From: Candidatus Saccharimonadales bacterium
GTDB taxonomy: Bacteria; Patescibacteriota; Saccharimonadia; Saccharimonadales; JANWIN01
Length of the DNA stretch: 64,000 nucleotides
Assembly: GCA_025449905.1 (NCBI GenBank)
Contig: JANWIN010000004.1
Coordinates: 24,656 to 88,655 of the forward strand
Direction: 5' to 3'
Each line of letters begins with the position of its first letter. Position 1 is the stretch's first letter. The notes under the pieces were generated by a model, which was not told the DNA's origin, searched no databases, and saw only the letters and a program-made list of their open reading frames with translations. This document shows positions 1-10,070 of this stretch, in pieces. A program made the translations under genes and the position numbers.

Positions 1-305
1 AAAATGACGCCCGTTATAATTTGAAGATTATAGACAACGGCTACCCTCGCCCAGAACGCACCGAGCGTCGAGAAGACTACCGCCGAGAAGAGCCTAGCCC
101 GCAACAGGAGCAACCAGCTGAGGAACCTGCGACTAGCACACCAGTTGATCAACCGGCTGATGCACCACCACCTGAAGAAACTTCTGTAGACGAAGCCAAA
201 GAAGAGGTAGCGGCTGCTGAACCAGAAAGCACTGACGAAGAACGCGAGAATGTAGTAAGTAAGACTCGCCGAGAGCTTGAAGAACTAGATGACCTTGACG
301 TATAA
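1..305 (+). CDS. KH-domain RNA-binding protein (KhpA/YlqC-like), 3' part with acidic disordered tail; 5' truncated by the window
   Basis: Frame is open from position 3 (NDARYNLKIID), resembling the KhpA C-terminal strand; directly upstream of trmD as in the rpsP-khpA-(rimM)-trmD cluster. Confidence 0.6.
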   Translation, partial: NDARYNLKIIDNGYPRPERTERREDYRREEPSPQQEQPAEEPATSTPVDQPADAPPPEETSVDEAKEEVAAAEPESTDEERENVVSKTRRELEELDDLDV

Positions 306-412
306 TATTACTCGTTAGAAGAGCTCGTTTGCGAGCCAACTTTCGTAAGTTGGGAGCTTTATGTGACAAAATTATCCGCGCTACTAGCGGATATTTTTGT
401 AGAAGGAACGTT

Positions 413-1054
413 GTGAAGATTCAAGTAATTACACTTTTCCCGGAAATGTTTAAACCAGTCCTGGAAACTAGCATGTTGTTTAAAGCCAAGGACAAAAAAC
501 TTGTCGAGTATTTGTATATTAATTTACGGGATTTTGGTTTAGGCAACCGAAAAACAGTCGACGACACTCCTTATGGCGGCGGCGACGGCATGCTACTTAA
601 ACCTGAACCTTTATTTGCGGCAGTTGAATATGCTAAAGAGCAAGATTCTAAAGCTAAAGTCATTTTGATGACGCCGCGCGGCAAAACTTTGACTCAAGCC
701 ATGTCTAAGAAATTGTCTAAAGAAAAAGACTTAATAATTATTTGTGGACGCTATGAAGGCTATGACGAACGTATAGCTTCTATAGTTGATGAGCAGGTCT
801 CCATTGGTGAATATGTTCTAACTGGCGGCGAACTACCGGCTATGATATTGATTGACTCGGTCGTACGCTTAATTCCGGGCGTCTTGGGGGGTGAAAATTC
901 GGCTGAAATAGAAAGTTTCAGTGATGGTAAAACCAAAGAATTTCCTCAGTACACTCGGCCGGAAAAATTCAAAGGCATGAAAGTGCCGGAGGTATTACTC
1001 AGCGGCAACCACGGCGAAATCGCCAAGTGGCGTAAAAACCAACAGAAAAATTGA
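413..1054 (+). CDS. trmD: tRNA (guanine-N1)-methyltransferase
   Basis: ITLFPEMF, VDDTPYGGGDGM, ICGRYEGYDER, SIGEYVLTGGE, PQYTRP, LSGNH motifs; likely GTG start at 413 after AAGGA. Confidence 0.97.
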   Translation: MKIQVITLFPEMFKPVLETSMLFKAKDKKLVEYLYINLRDFGLGNRKTVDDTPYGGGDGMLLKPEPLFAAVEYAKEQDSKAKVILMTPRGKTLTQAMSKKLSKEKDLIIICGRYEGYDERIASIVDEQVSIGEYVLTGGELPAMILIDSVVRLIPGVLGGENSAEIESFSDGKTKEFPQYTRPEKFKGMKVPEVLLSGNHGEIAKWRKNQQKN

Positions 1055-1085
1055 ATTAAAATCTTGAATATTATATAATATTGCT

Positions 1086-1952
1086 ATGTCACCGGAGTCT
1101 TGCGCGCCGCCGCAGAAACCTAAGCTGCCTTTAGCTGAAGTTCATAGAACTGAAGGATATAAGGATATGGGCACCGCTTATGCAGAAACAATGACACCTC
1201 ATATTGTAGACGCGTGTTTGAGACAGGGTCTGCCAGCGGAATTTGTACCTATGTTTGAAGCGCACTTAAAAGATTTACACTTTGTACTCTTTGATGAAAA
1301 GGAAGTTGAAGACCGCGTAAGCCCACAGCCCAGGATGGACGCTCCTAAACTACCTAAAAATGGTGACGAAAATGGCGGTTCATACATAAGGCGGATACTT
1401 GTCAGCAAACAAGAAATTGTGAGACGGGCTGATCTTCTCGAGGAAGTTTTTGGTGAGATTGGGCTTGATAATTTAAACAGAGATAAAGCAAGACAAGTAG
1501 CTGAGGATTGGACCTTTTATGATATGGCCATGGTGGCGCTAGGTAATTCATGCTACATGCAACAAAATCATCCCAGATACATTCCTGACTTTAATGGTCA
1601 AGCAGCCCATGTTAACGCTCACAGGACGCTAAGCTCAAATTTTTTATCTCTGCACCCAGAATACTCAATTTCAGCCCAGGAAGACACACGGCGCTTAATT
1701 AAAGGTTTTGGCATTATGATGGTACAGGATGCGTTATTGGCAAAGGGTTTGGTAAAAAGGGATGCTCATGCCAATTGGATGGTTCAAGGAATTCGCAACC
1801 GGATTCCAGACGCATATAACAGTGTGCAAGTGTCGGAAAGGCTAGAAACAACTCTGCCTAGCAAGGATACTAATAGAAGATTTGCGGAACTCGCAATGGC
1901 TACTTATGACCCAGATATCAAACTTGACGAAGTTGATGTTACGGACCTCTAA
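1086..1952 (+). CDS. hypothetical protein
   Basis: 288 aa ORF with TATAAT just upstream; no recognisable motif. Confidence 0.7.
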   Translation: MSPESCAPPQKPKLPLAEVHRTEGYKDMGTAYAETMTPHIVDACLRQGLPAEFVPMFEAHLKDLHFVLFDEKEVEDRVSPQPRMDAPKLPKNGDENGGSYIRRILVSKQEIVRRADLLEEVFGEIGLDNLNRDKARQVAEDWTFYDMAMVALGNSCYMQQNHPRYIPDFNGQAAHVNAHRTLSSNFLSLHPEYSISAQEDTRRLIKGFGIMMVQDALLAKGLVKRDAHANWMVQGIRNRIPDAYNSVQVSERLETTLPSKDTNRRFAELAMATYDPDIKLDEVDVTDL

Positions 1953-1963
1953 AACTTAATCAG

Positions 1964-3151
1964 TTAAATTTTTTTACAATAACTACACGTTTCTTCAACC
2001 TCATCGGCAGCTAGCCATTGGCGAGATGCTTTCCACCAGGGCTCCAGGTCTCGGTATGCCATAAACTCAGCAAAGCGGCGGGCTAGCCAACCTAACCGGC
2101 CGTATAAATGCCATTTCTTATATCTAACTGCTGCCCAGTGCGGTCCAATTGGCGTTAAATAGACAGGTTCTTTGGGGTTATATGTTTCAAGAGGCTTCTC
2201 CTTGATACGACGCAGAATATTTTCAGCCACAAAATGACCATCACGAATAGCGGTTTGAGCCATGCCGCTAAATGGTGTATCGGCATTGTCGCCAATTACA
2301 AATATGTCCACTTCAGCTTCAAGATGTTCATTAACCTCCACTCGTCCGTTTTCGCTAAGCTTAAATTTATTAGCTGCAAAGAATGGATTATTAGTAACGC
2401 CGGCCGTCCAAATAACTGTGTGGCTTTTAATCGGCACGCCCTCAACAATTAAGTCGTCAAGAGTCTCGCCACTAACTTTCTTGTCTAGTAATAACCTGAC
2501 ACCCAGCCGCTTTAATCTTCTAGCTGCTACCTGTGAAGTACTGCGAGGCATATTTGGCAAAACCCGCCGGTTGGCTTCAACCAGCTTTATTTGGACTACG
2601 CGGTTTTTTAAGCAGTGTTTCTTTAAAATTTGTTTGATATAGCCGGGTAAAACTCCTGCCAGCTCTACGCCTGTTGGTCCACCACCAACCACAATGTAGT
2701 TGTAGTCAGGCTGGCCGGTATCTATTAACTGTTTGTGCAAATGAGTCTTCAACTCCATAGCTTTTTGGTAGTTCTTTATGCCGAAAGAATATTCTTCCAG
2801 ACCCTTTATGCCAAAATAATTAGTCACTGCGCCAATAGCTAAAATCAAGCTGTCGTATTTAAGCTTTTTGCCACTACTTGTTACCAGGTATTTATTTCTG
2901 CGATCTAACTTCGCAACCTTAGCCACTACTAGTTTGACTGGAATCTTGTCGAATAAATCCTTGAGGCTCATCATCGATTGGGCTCGGCTGCCACCGGTGG
3001 CAGCATGATACAAGCTAGCATGGTAATGAAAGTCTTGATAATCGGAGACCAGAACAACTTCAACTTGATTACTTTTTGCTAATTCCTGAGCAGCTTTTAC
3101 ACCGCCAAAACCGCCGCCGGCAATTATCACTTTATGCTTTTGATTTTTCAT
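1964..3151 (-). CDS. ndh: type II NADH dehydrogenase-like FAD/NAD(P) oxidoreductase
   Basis: Two Rossmann motifs (IIAGGGFGG, VVGGGPTGVELAG), IWTAGV, FVIGD. Confidence 0.85.
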   Translation of the reverse strand: MKNQKHKVIIAGGGFGGVKAAQELAKSNQVEVVLVSDYQDFHYHASLYHAATGGSRAQSMMSLKDLFDKIPVKLVVAKVAKLDRRNKYLVTSSGKKLKYDSLILAIGAVTNYFGIKGLEEYSFGIKNYQKAMELKTHLHKQLIDTGQPDYNYIVVGGGPTGVELAGVLPGYIKQILKKHCLKNRVVQIKLVEANRRVLPNMPRSTSQVAARRLKRLGVRLLLDKKVSGETLDDLIVEGVPIKSHTVIWTAGVTNNPFFAANKFKLSENGRVEVNEHLEAEVDIFVIGDNADTPFSGMAQTAIRDGHFVAENILRRIKEKPLETYNPKEPVYLTPIGPHWAAVRYKKWHLYGRLGWLARRFAEFMAYRDLEPWWKASRQWLAADEVEETCSYCKKI

Positions 3152-3216
3152 AAATTCTCTTATGATTATACAAGATTACACTTGATAATTAGTGTTAGTT
3201 AAAGTAAGTATTAGTT

Positions 3217-3942
3217 ATGACTCAAAGTAAATTCAAAGCCTTAAACCCAAAAGTTGTATTAGGCGTAGCTGCTCATCCCGATGATCTGGACTTTGGCGCA
3301 GCCGGCACAATGGCCAAGTGGGCCAGAGGCGGTGCCGAAGTTTCATATTTAATACTAACTGACGGCTCACGCGGCTCAGCAAATAGAAAAGTCTCGCCCG
3401 AGGAACTAGTCAAAACCCGCAAACATGAGCAAGAAGATGCCGCCAAAGTGCTAGGTGTCAAAAATGTCTTTTTTTGTAAATGGGAAGATTGCTGCCTTGA
3501 GTGCCATGATGACGTAAAACGCGAAATTGTTAGGGAAATCCGTGAGCTCAAGCCAGATGTTGTGGTGACTATGGATCCAACAATGATATATGCTGCCGAG
3601 ATTGGCTTTATAAATCACTCTGATCATCGGGCTGCCGGGCAAGCTACGCTGGACGCTGTTTTTCCGCTGGCACGTGATCATCTTAGTTTCCCAGAGCTTT
3701 TAAAAGAAGGCTTGGAGCCCCATAATACACCCACCCTACTATTGATTAATTTAGAAAAGCAAAATTGGTTTGAAGATATCTCGAACCAAGTTGAGGCTAA
3801 ATTAAAGGCATTACAGACACACCAGAGCCAGTTACCCGAAATGGAACAGGCTTTAAAAATGATAAAAGAACTAGCTGTTGATATGGGCAAAAAAGCCGGT
3901 TGTGAATTTGCCGAAGGCTTCATGCGAATTGATATCCGCTAA
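3217..3942 (+). CDS. PIG-L/LmbE family N-acetylglucosaminyl deacetylase
   Basis: AHPDD, LTDG, HSDH, HQSQ, AEGF motifs. Confidence 0.92.
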   Translation: MTQSKFKALNPKVVLGVAAHPDDLDFGAAGTMAKWARGGAEVSYLILTDGSRGSANRKVSPEELVKTRKHEQEDAAKVLGVKNVFFCKWEDCCLECHDDVKREIVREIRELKPDVVVTMDPTMIYAAEIGFINHSDHRAAGQATLDAVFPLARDHLSFPELLKEGLEPHNTPTLLLINLEKQNWFEDISNQVEAKLKALQTHQSQLPEMEQALKMIKELAVDMGKKAGCEFAEGFMRIDIR

Positions 3943-3958
3943 CTGCTACAATTAGGGG

Positions 3959-4348
3959 ATGATTGAGGTTAGCGATGAAGAATTTGAGCAGATTGTTAGA
4001 AGCGCGGTTGATGACATTCCTGAAAAATACGGCCGGCATATAAAAAATCTGGCTTTTGTGGTTGAAGATGAACCCAACGACAACCAACGACAGCGACTTA
4101 AGCTGCATCCTGGGACTAGCCTGTTTGGACTGTATGAGGGTATACCGCTGACTAAACGTGGTGCCGGTTATAACTTGGTACTACCTGATAAGGTTACTAT
4201 TTTTAAGAAGCCAATTTTAAATGCTTGTCATACTAGCGAGCACGTTGAAATTCTGGTGCGGCAAACTATTTGGCATGAAGTGGCTCATTACTATGGATTA
4301 GACCACGGAGATATTGACCGTTTAGAAAATAATAGCGCTAAAGATTGA
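3959..4348 (+). CDS. zincin-like metallopeptidase (minimal MMP-like family)
   Basis: LFGLYEGIPL, PDKVTIFKKPI, HEVAHYYG (HExxH). Confidence 0.9.
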   Translation: MIEVSDEEFEQIVRSAVDDIPEKYGRHIKNLAFVVEDEPNDNQRQRLKLHPGTSLFGLYEGIPLTKRGAGYNLVLPDKVTIFKKPILNACHTSEHVEILVRQTIWHEVAHYYGLDHGDIDRLENNSAKD

Positions 4349-4936
4349 CTTAGTTAAGTTAAACAACTCTTCGGCCAGCTTAATCTCGAGCACAATTCCG
4401 CCGGCGCCTATTAGGCAACCGATTACATAAAGTAGCGCATCTTCTAAAATTAGCGACAAACTAACTATTACTACCCCCAACGCCGGCAGTGTATCAAGCC
4501 AGGAAAAAGGCGGTGCTACCAAGGCCCCAAAGGTCAAAACAAAAATCACTAAACCGCTAACTCGCAGGAAATTCGGATCATTCAGCAGCCCGCTAAGTCT
4601 TGGTTTTGAATAATGCTCAAGCCATTTTACTCTTTTTGTTAAAGCAGGTAATAATTTAGTTTCGGTTTTTGATGAAATTTTTAGATTGCGCCATTTTTTG
4701 GGAATCCAGATTACTCGACGGCCAATAATAAGTTCAACCGATAAAACCATAACAATAATTTCAAAAATATGCGTCAGTCCGCCAGTCGGAATTGGCAGGG
4801 CCGGTATAGCCATGAGGATTAGAATAATAAAAGCAAAACTCTTTTCGGCAAACACACTTTCCAAATTAGCTAAAGTCTTGGGGCTATGGTCTTTTAACCA
4901 AGCCTCTAATTGCTCACTGAAAGGGCGATCATCCAT
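4322..4936 (-). CDS. ExoD family exopolysaccharide biosynthesis membrane protein
   Basis: ALPIPTGG, IWIPK, DTLPA, LEDA motifs and TM helices typical of ExoD. Confidence 0.85.
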   Translation of the reverse strand: MDDRPFSEQLEAWLKDHSPKTLANLESVFAEKSFAFIILILMAIPALPIPTGGLTHIFEIIVMVLSVELIIGRRVIWIPKKWRNLKISSKTETKLLPALTKRVKWLEHYSKPRLSGLLNDPNFLRVSGLVIFVLTFGALVAPPFSWLDTLPALGVVIVSLSLILEDALLYVIGCLIGAGGIVLEIKLAEELFNLTKSIFSAIIF

Positions 4937-4974
4937 AAACCTATATTAGTTGACAAGGTTAAAATAAGAAAACG

Positions 4975-5385
4975 CTAACGGGGTGCAGCAGGCGGAGCTG
5001 GTTTATCATTATCGTATGATTTCACAATATCAATTAGATCACTGGGGATAGTGTTAGCCTTAATTATGTAGCCGTCGGCATTACTTTCTGCTGCTTCCTT
5101 GGCCAAGTTTTCTTGGGCTAAATTGGTTAGCAGGATAATTTTAACTTTTTGACTGGCATGCTTAGGGTTAGTCCGCAGCTCCTTTAAAATTTCCATGCCC
5201 GATTGACCTGGCAACATGATGTCAACGAAAATAATATCCGGACGATACTGCTCTAATATTTTGTAAGTAGCCGGGGCATCATTAACTACCTGAATTTCAT
5301 AGCCGGCACCAGCAAAAGCTGTCCGATACAGCTCTCGAATCATAAAATCATCTTCAATTAGTAGGATCTTTTTTGAGCCAGCCAC
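4975..5385 (-). CDS. stand-alone response regulator receiver
   Basis: ILLIEDD, DIMLP (phospho-Asp), LTN, YIIK. Confidence 0.93.
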   Translation of the reverse strand: MAGSKKILLIEDDFMIRELYRTAFAGAGYEIQVVNDAPATYKILEQYRPDIIFVDIMLPGQSGMEILKELRTNPKHASQKVKIILLTNLAQENLAKEAAESNADGYIIKANTIPSDLIDIVKSYDNDKPAPPAAPR

Positions 5386-7627
5386 GTGTCCCCATTACTT
5401 GGTTAGTTTCCGACACTAGTTTAGCATGTTTGGCATCGTCATAAATCGGCAGGGTGAAGTAAAAAGTTGAACCTTTGCCAGCTTCGGACTCAACCCCAAT
5501 CTCTCCATGGTGAAGTTCGATGATGGCTTTTGATATATAAAGACCCAGCCCAGTGCCTCGGTTACCGGTTGTTAAACTATGCTCGACACGGTAAAACTTG
5601 CGGAACAACCGCGACTTGGCTTCTGGCGGAATTCCTAGACCATAATCTTTCACGCTAACTCTTGCCAAATCATCCTGGCGAGTAACATTAATCTCAATTT
5701 GGCCATTATCGGGCGAATATTTAATAGCGTTATTAAGTAAGTTATTAATTACTTCGCTAAGAGCCGAGGCGTCAGCGGGCACTGTAATCTCTGGCTCTTT
5801 AGCGCTGAAAATTAGTTTTTGGTTTTTCATTTTGGCACTCGATTGCTGTTGATTACATAAGCTATTGACTAGTTTCGGCAAGTCAACCTTGGTCATATGA
5901 ATCTCCATTGAACCGCGTTCCACCCTGGACACGTTTAATAAGTTGTTTATTAAGGTACTAAGTTGATCGGTGCCGATTAAGGCTCGATGCAGACGCTCCT
6001 GCCCATCGGGCGGTAATTTTGGTGCGTCCTGGTTCTTCATTAGCTCCAAATAACCACGCAGGAAAGTCAATGGTGTTCGCAGCTCGTGTGCAGCAATGGC
6101 CACAAAATCAACTTTCATAACTTCCAATTCGCGGCTTTGTGTTAAGTCGCGGATGGTGATAATGGCGCTAACATCACTGGTCTTATTTTCTAGAATTACC
6201 ACCACCAGGTTTACGTAGGAAGCTTTATTTGGGCTGGGCACTACTAAGCCGTTATATAAATAAATACCCGGTTTGTCATAATCAATTTGGACAGCCTTAT
6301 CATCGTGCAGCCATTGGTAGGCATGTTCAATTTGCTGACCCATTATTTCCGTGTCACTGCGATCCAGTAGCTTAGCAGCCGGCGGGTTAATTGATACAAT
6401 TTTATGGTTGTTATCAATAGCCACAATACCGTCGCTAACGCTTTTAATAATGCTGTTAAGTTTATTATGCTCAATTTCTAGAGTCAGATTTTTATCTTTT
6501 AGACTGCCAATCATCAGCGATAAGTTGCCACCCATTTTATTGAAGTTTTCAGCCAGGTGACCCAGCTCATCATTCGTTTTTACCGGCAGCTTATAGTTAA
6601 AATCACCAGAGCCTAGCCGGTCAGCGCCAGCCGACAAACTCTGTATGGGTGTTAAGATCTGTTTTCTCATTAAAAAGCTCAAAACAAAGACTAAGACAGC
6701 GGCGCCTATAAAAACACTAATTCCCAATCTATAGAGGGCTGATACTTCTTTATAGACACTGGAAATTGGCTCTTCGGTTATTACTCCCCACTTTGTGCGG
6801 CTTATTTCTTTGGAGCTGCTAAGCACAGCTTGGCCTCTTTCAGAAGTAGACTGATGTTGATCATTCTTGCCTTCCAAAAAATGGTTAACCTGATGCACTG
6901 CGGCTACCACCTGATTATTGCGTCTAAATTTATCATCCGGGTGGGCAATTAAGTTACCTTTATCGTCAACCACGTAAGCGTAACCTTGCTCGCCAATTTT
7001 AATGGACAACACTGAATCCCAAAGATTACCCAAGCTGTAATTACCAATAAGGACGCCGGTAATGTCGCTTTGGGAGCGATATTTGCCGAACTCGGCTGTT
7101 GATAAGTGCGACAAATCTTGCTGCTGATTAAACTTTATTAAAGGCACAGCAATCAATACGTGTGGCGATCGATTCTCGTCATATATTACCGGGCCGATAT
7201 ATTCTTTGCCGGCTAGAAAAGTCGCTGCTCTAAAAGCATCGCTGGCGGCAATGTTTACATGTTTTTCAATCAGCCCACTTCGATTAACAACTACTAATTG
7301 TTTGCCTTGTTTATTGGCAAGAGTTATATCTAATAAATCACGGTCGCCTTTTATGTAGGTTGCTAGATTTAGGCTGGCATCTTTAGTGTCCAATAGTCGA
7401 ACGGCGCTAGTCTGAGATTCAAATATAAGATTATCAATTTTAGAGCCCAGAAAATTATCAACTCGTTCAGCAGCTTGAGTGGCTGCCAGATTTTGACGAA
7501 CAAAGGCTTCACGTTTTAATTGCGATTGAGTGGTGAAGATCAAAGCTAAATTAACAACCAATAACGGCCCCAAGGAAACAAATAAAAACAAAAGCAAAAT
7601 TTTATGCCTTATTTTTAAGCCATGCAT
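5354..7627 (-). CDS. sensor histidine kinase (TM-Cache-TM-HAMP-PAS-HisKA-HATPase)
   Basis: AHELRTPL H-box, NNAIKYS N-box, DYGLGI, GTGLGL, GKGSTF; GYAYVVD..LIAHPD Cache motif; HAMP DELGHLAENFN. Confidence 0.95.
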   Translation of the reverse strand: MHGLKIRHKILLLFLFVSLGPLLVVNLALIFTTQSQLKREAFVRQNLAATQAAERVDNFLGSKIDNLIFESQTSAVRLLDTKDASLNLATYIKGDRDLLDITLANKQGKQLVVVNRSGLIEKHVNIAASDAFRAATFLAGKEYIGPVIYDENRSPHVLIAVPLIKFNQQQDLSHLSTAEFGKYRSQSDITGVLIGNYSLGNLWDSVLSIKIGEQGYAYVVDDKGNLIAHPDDKFRRNNQVVAAVHQVNHFLEGKNDQHQSTSERGQAVLSSSKEISRTKWGVITEEPISSVYKEVSALYRLGISVFIGAAVLVFVLSFLMRKQILTPIQSLSAGADRLGSGDFNYKLPVKTNDELGHLAENFNKMGGNLSLMIGSLKDKNLTLEIEHNKLNSIIKSVSDGIVAIDNNHKIVSINPPAAKLLDRSDTEIMGQQIEHAYQWLHDDKAVQIDYDKPGIYLYNGLVVPSPNKASYVNLVVVILENKTSDVSAIITIRDLTQSRELEVMKVDFVAIAAHELRTPLTFLRGYLELMKNQDAPKLPPDGQERLHRALIGTDQLSTLINNLLNVSRVERGSMEIHMTKVDLPKLVNSLCNQQQSSAKMKNQKLIFSAKEPEITVPADASALSEVINNLLNNAIKYSPDNGQIEINVTRQDDLARVSVKDYGLGIPPEAKSRLFRKFYRVEHSLTTGNRGTGLGLYISKAIIELHHGEIGVESEAGKGSTFYFTLPIYDDAKHAKLVSETNQVMGTRGWLKKDPTN

Positions 7628-7703
7628 TACACTTATGGTATTACTGAATCCACTCTGCTACAACCTTGACAAACGGTAACAATAATTAATATGCTTATGC
7701 TAG

Positions 7704-8330
7704 ATGAATCCACAAAACAATAACCCTGGTCCGCTAACTAATACTAATAGCCAACCAATGCAACCACCACCGCCTGTAGAATTAACTGCACCCCAACCTA
7801 AAAAGAAGCCTAGATCTAAAGGATTAGTTGGCATACTTATTATTCTAGTATTTATTAGCAGCTTAGCCGGAGCCTATGCTCTAGGTAGAAATTCTAAAAA
7901 ACCAGCCGTGGTAACCAATCAGACGCCCTTTAAAACACTGTCTTTGCCGCCAGAAGCCATCGTCGCGGCTGAATGTGAGCCTGGACGCGGCAAGCAGTAT
8001 ATTATCCCTAAAGACATACCAAAGGGCGGGCCGCTTTATGATGTCAATAATAACCGTGTAATAGCGATTGAATATCTTATTAAGGTGCAGGACCTTCTAA
8101 CTAAACCCGATTCATTAACCGACAAAATTACTGATCTTACAAAAAACTATCAGGTAGACCACTTCAGCATAGTGCCTACCGCACCACACGCCGGCGAAAA
8201 CTCCCAGCACATTCACTTAATTATGTTTGTCGTTTCTAAAGATGAGGCTAAAACTATAACTTGCGGTCAAAGTTCTTCTGACGCTACCAATAGTGAAGGC
8301 ACAACTGAAGAGATGATGCATATGCATTAA
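7704..8330 (+). CDS. membrane-anchored hypothetical protein with His/Met-rich motifs
   Basis: Pro-rich N-terminus, single TM helix, PHAG..HIHL, C-terminal MMHMH. Confidence 0.7.
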   Translation: MNPQNNNPGPLTNTNSQPMQPPPPVELTAPQPKKKPRSKGLVGILIILVFISSLAGAYALGRNSKKPAVVTNQTPFKTLSLPPEAIVAAECEPGRGKQYIIPKDIPKGGPLYDVNNNRVIAIEYLIKVQDLLTKPDSLTDKITDLTKNYQVDHFSIVPTAPHAGENSQHIHLIMFVVSKDEAKTITCGQSSSDATNSEGTTEEMMHMH

Positions 8331-8338
8331 GTGGTAAT

Positions 8339-8860
8339 CTAAGCTTTTTCAATACGACCGCAGGCTAAACGCGGCCCGCCACTGACACCAGAACCAATTG
8401 CGCCCGTTTTATTCGAGTCAATATTGGCATGCACCATTAATGATGTGCCTTCTTTGGGTTGCAAGATTGAAACTGGCCCGTCAGACAAAGTAACTCGAGT
8501 TGTAATAGTCTCTAAGACGCCACTACCATTTTTATCAATCGTAATCATCGGTAAATCACCGGCGTGGTAGCCATGGTTGGTGTCTGGATCACTATTACCG
8601 CTGGGTCCGGGGTCAAAATGGCCACCGGCGCACTTAAAACCATCGCATTCGCAATCACCCTTTTCGTGAATGTGCACGGCGTGCTTGCCGGGCTTTAACA
8701 TTTTGGGGTTACCGTTTAGCTCCAGGTGGATATGAACATATTTCCAACCGCCAATATCGTATTCAGTAAAAATTGCTGAACCATCAACATCCGGGCCGCT
8801 AAGCGTCACTTTAGCTCTGGATGATACTTTTTTATTGTCAGCTGTCAGGTCAACTTTCAT
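8339..8860 (-). CDS. sodC: Cu/Zn superoxide dismutase
   Basis: HAVHIHE, AGGHFDP, HAGDL, VHANID, GPRLACG; GGAGG RBS upstream. Confidence 0.93.
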   Translation of the reverse strand: MKVDLTADNKKVSSRAKVTLSGPDVDGSAIFTEYDIGGWKYVHIHLELNGNPKMLKPGKHAVHIHEKGDCECDGFKCAGGHFDPGPSGNSDPDTNHGYHAGDLPMITIDKNGSGVLETITTRVTLSDGPVSILQPKEGTSLMVHANIDSNKTGAIGSGVSGGPRLACGRIEKA

Positions 8861-9050
8861 TTATTCCTCCTCCAAGCCACTACTAAAAGTAAGGCACTTA
8901 AAATAACTAGCAATACTATGGGCAAGTTCATGCTGATTGTATGAGCCGGCGTATGGTGGGCAAAAATCACTGGGCCTCCTTAATTTATTTAATTGTAACA
9001 CTGCGCGCTTAGCAAATTCTGTCACAAATTTAACATGCTATAATCCAGCC

Positions 9051-10070
9051 ATGATTAGACTGCCGTCGTATCTCTACCGAGATGCTCGGATGGGTGAACT
9101 GTTGGAACTGTTTATGGTATCAGCCGTAACAGCCTTGCTCGTTAATCGCTTTATTTTGTTTCTACTGGGCTATCCATCTATAGGCGGCAGCAAGCTGCAT
9201 ATTGCCCATATGCTTTGGGGTGGCCTCCTAATGCTGATTGGTTTAATTTTAGTCTTTGTTTTTTTGGGTTACCGGGTGCGCCAACTAGCCAGCATTGTTG
9301 CTGGCGCTGGCTTTGGCCTATTCATTGACGAGCTGGGTAAGTTCATAACTCGTGATAACAACTATTTCTTTCAACCGACGATTGCTCTAATTTATCTAAT
9401 TTTTGTTATCCTATTTATCATTTTTAGAAGCTTAAGCAGCCAACGGCGACTAAGCCAGCAGGAGTACCTAATGAACGCCTTAAGCTTGTCAGAGGAGACG
9501 ATAATGATTGATTTGTCTAGTATTGAGCGCCAACAAGCGCTTAGCTATCTTGAAAAAGCCGATCAATCAAACCCGTTGGTTAAGGCCTTAACTGAGGCTC
9601 TAAATTCGACTAAAACAGTGGATTCCGATAATCGGGCCTGGCTTAAAAAATGGGCTGACGGAGTAGTTAACTTTTATAATAAATTGATTCATCTGCCTTA
9701 CGCGGCCAAAGTTATTGATGGGGTTTTTATAATCAAAGCCCTGATTTTCCCATTGCTATTAATACTTGGACCGATTGATAGTTTAAAAAACGGTATATCC
9801 GGCAAGCTGGATTGGATGACGGTTTTAGAACTTATTAGTTCACTGGTAGCAGGCGCCTATGTGCTAGCCGGCGTGCTTAAAATTAAAAAATCACGCTTAA
9901 AGGCTTATGAGCTTTTTTCTAAGTCACTGTTGATTGATATTTTTATCACCCAGTTTTTTGCATTTTACGTCAGCCAGTTCCAAACCCTGTATGTCCTAGC
10001 TATAAATGTGGCTCTATACTTTGCCGTTCGCTTCCTCATTCAGCAGGAAAAACGCAAACTCGTTACTTAG
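9051..10070 (+). CDS. polytopic membrane protein, unknown function
   Basis: Many TM segments, HIAHMLWGG and GLFIDELGKF motifs; ATG 9051 follows TATAAT 9039-9044. Confidence 0.75.
   Translation: MIRLPSYLYRDARMGELLELFMVSAVTALLVNRFILFLLGYPSIGGSKLHIAHMLWGGLLMLIGLILVFVFLGYRVRQLASIVAGAGFGLFIDELGKFITRDNNYFFQPTIALIYLIFVILFIIFRSLSSQRRLSQQEYLMNALSLSEETIMIDLSSIERQQALSYLEKADQSNPLVKALTEALNSTKTVDSDNRAWLKKWADGVVNFYNKLIHLPYAAKVIDGVFIIKALIFPLLLILGPIDSLKNGISGKLDWMTVLELISSLVAGAYVLAGVLKIKKSRLKAYELFSKSLLIDIFITQFFAFYVSQFQTLYVLAINVALYFAVRFLIQQEKRKLVT

Noticed and set aside
329-412. N-terminal extension of trmD
   Set aside because: Region consists of hairpins (e.g. about 366-400) and an RBS; the TrmD fold starts at KIQVITLFP
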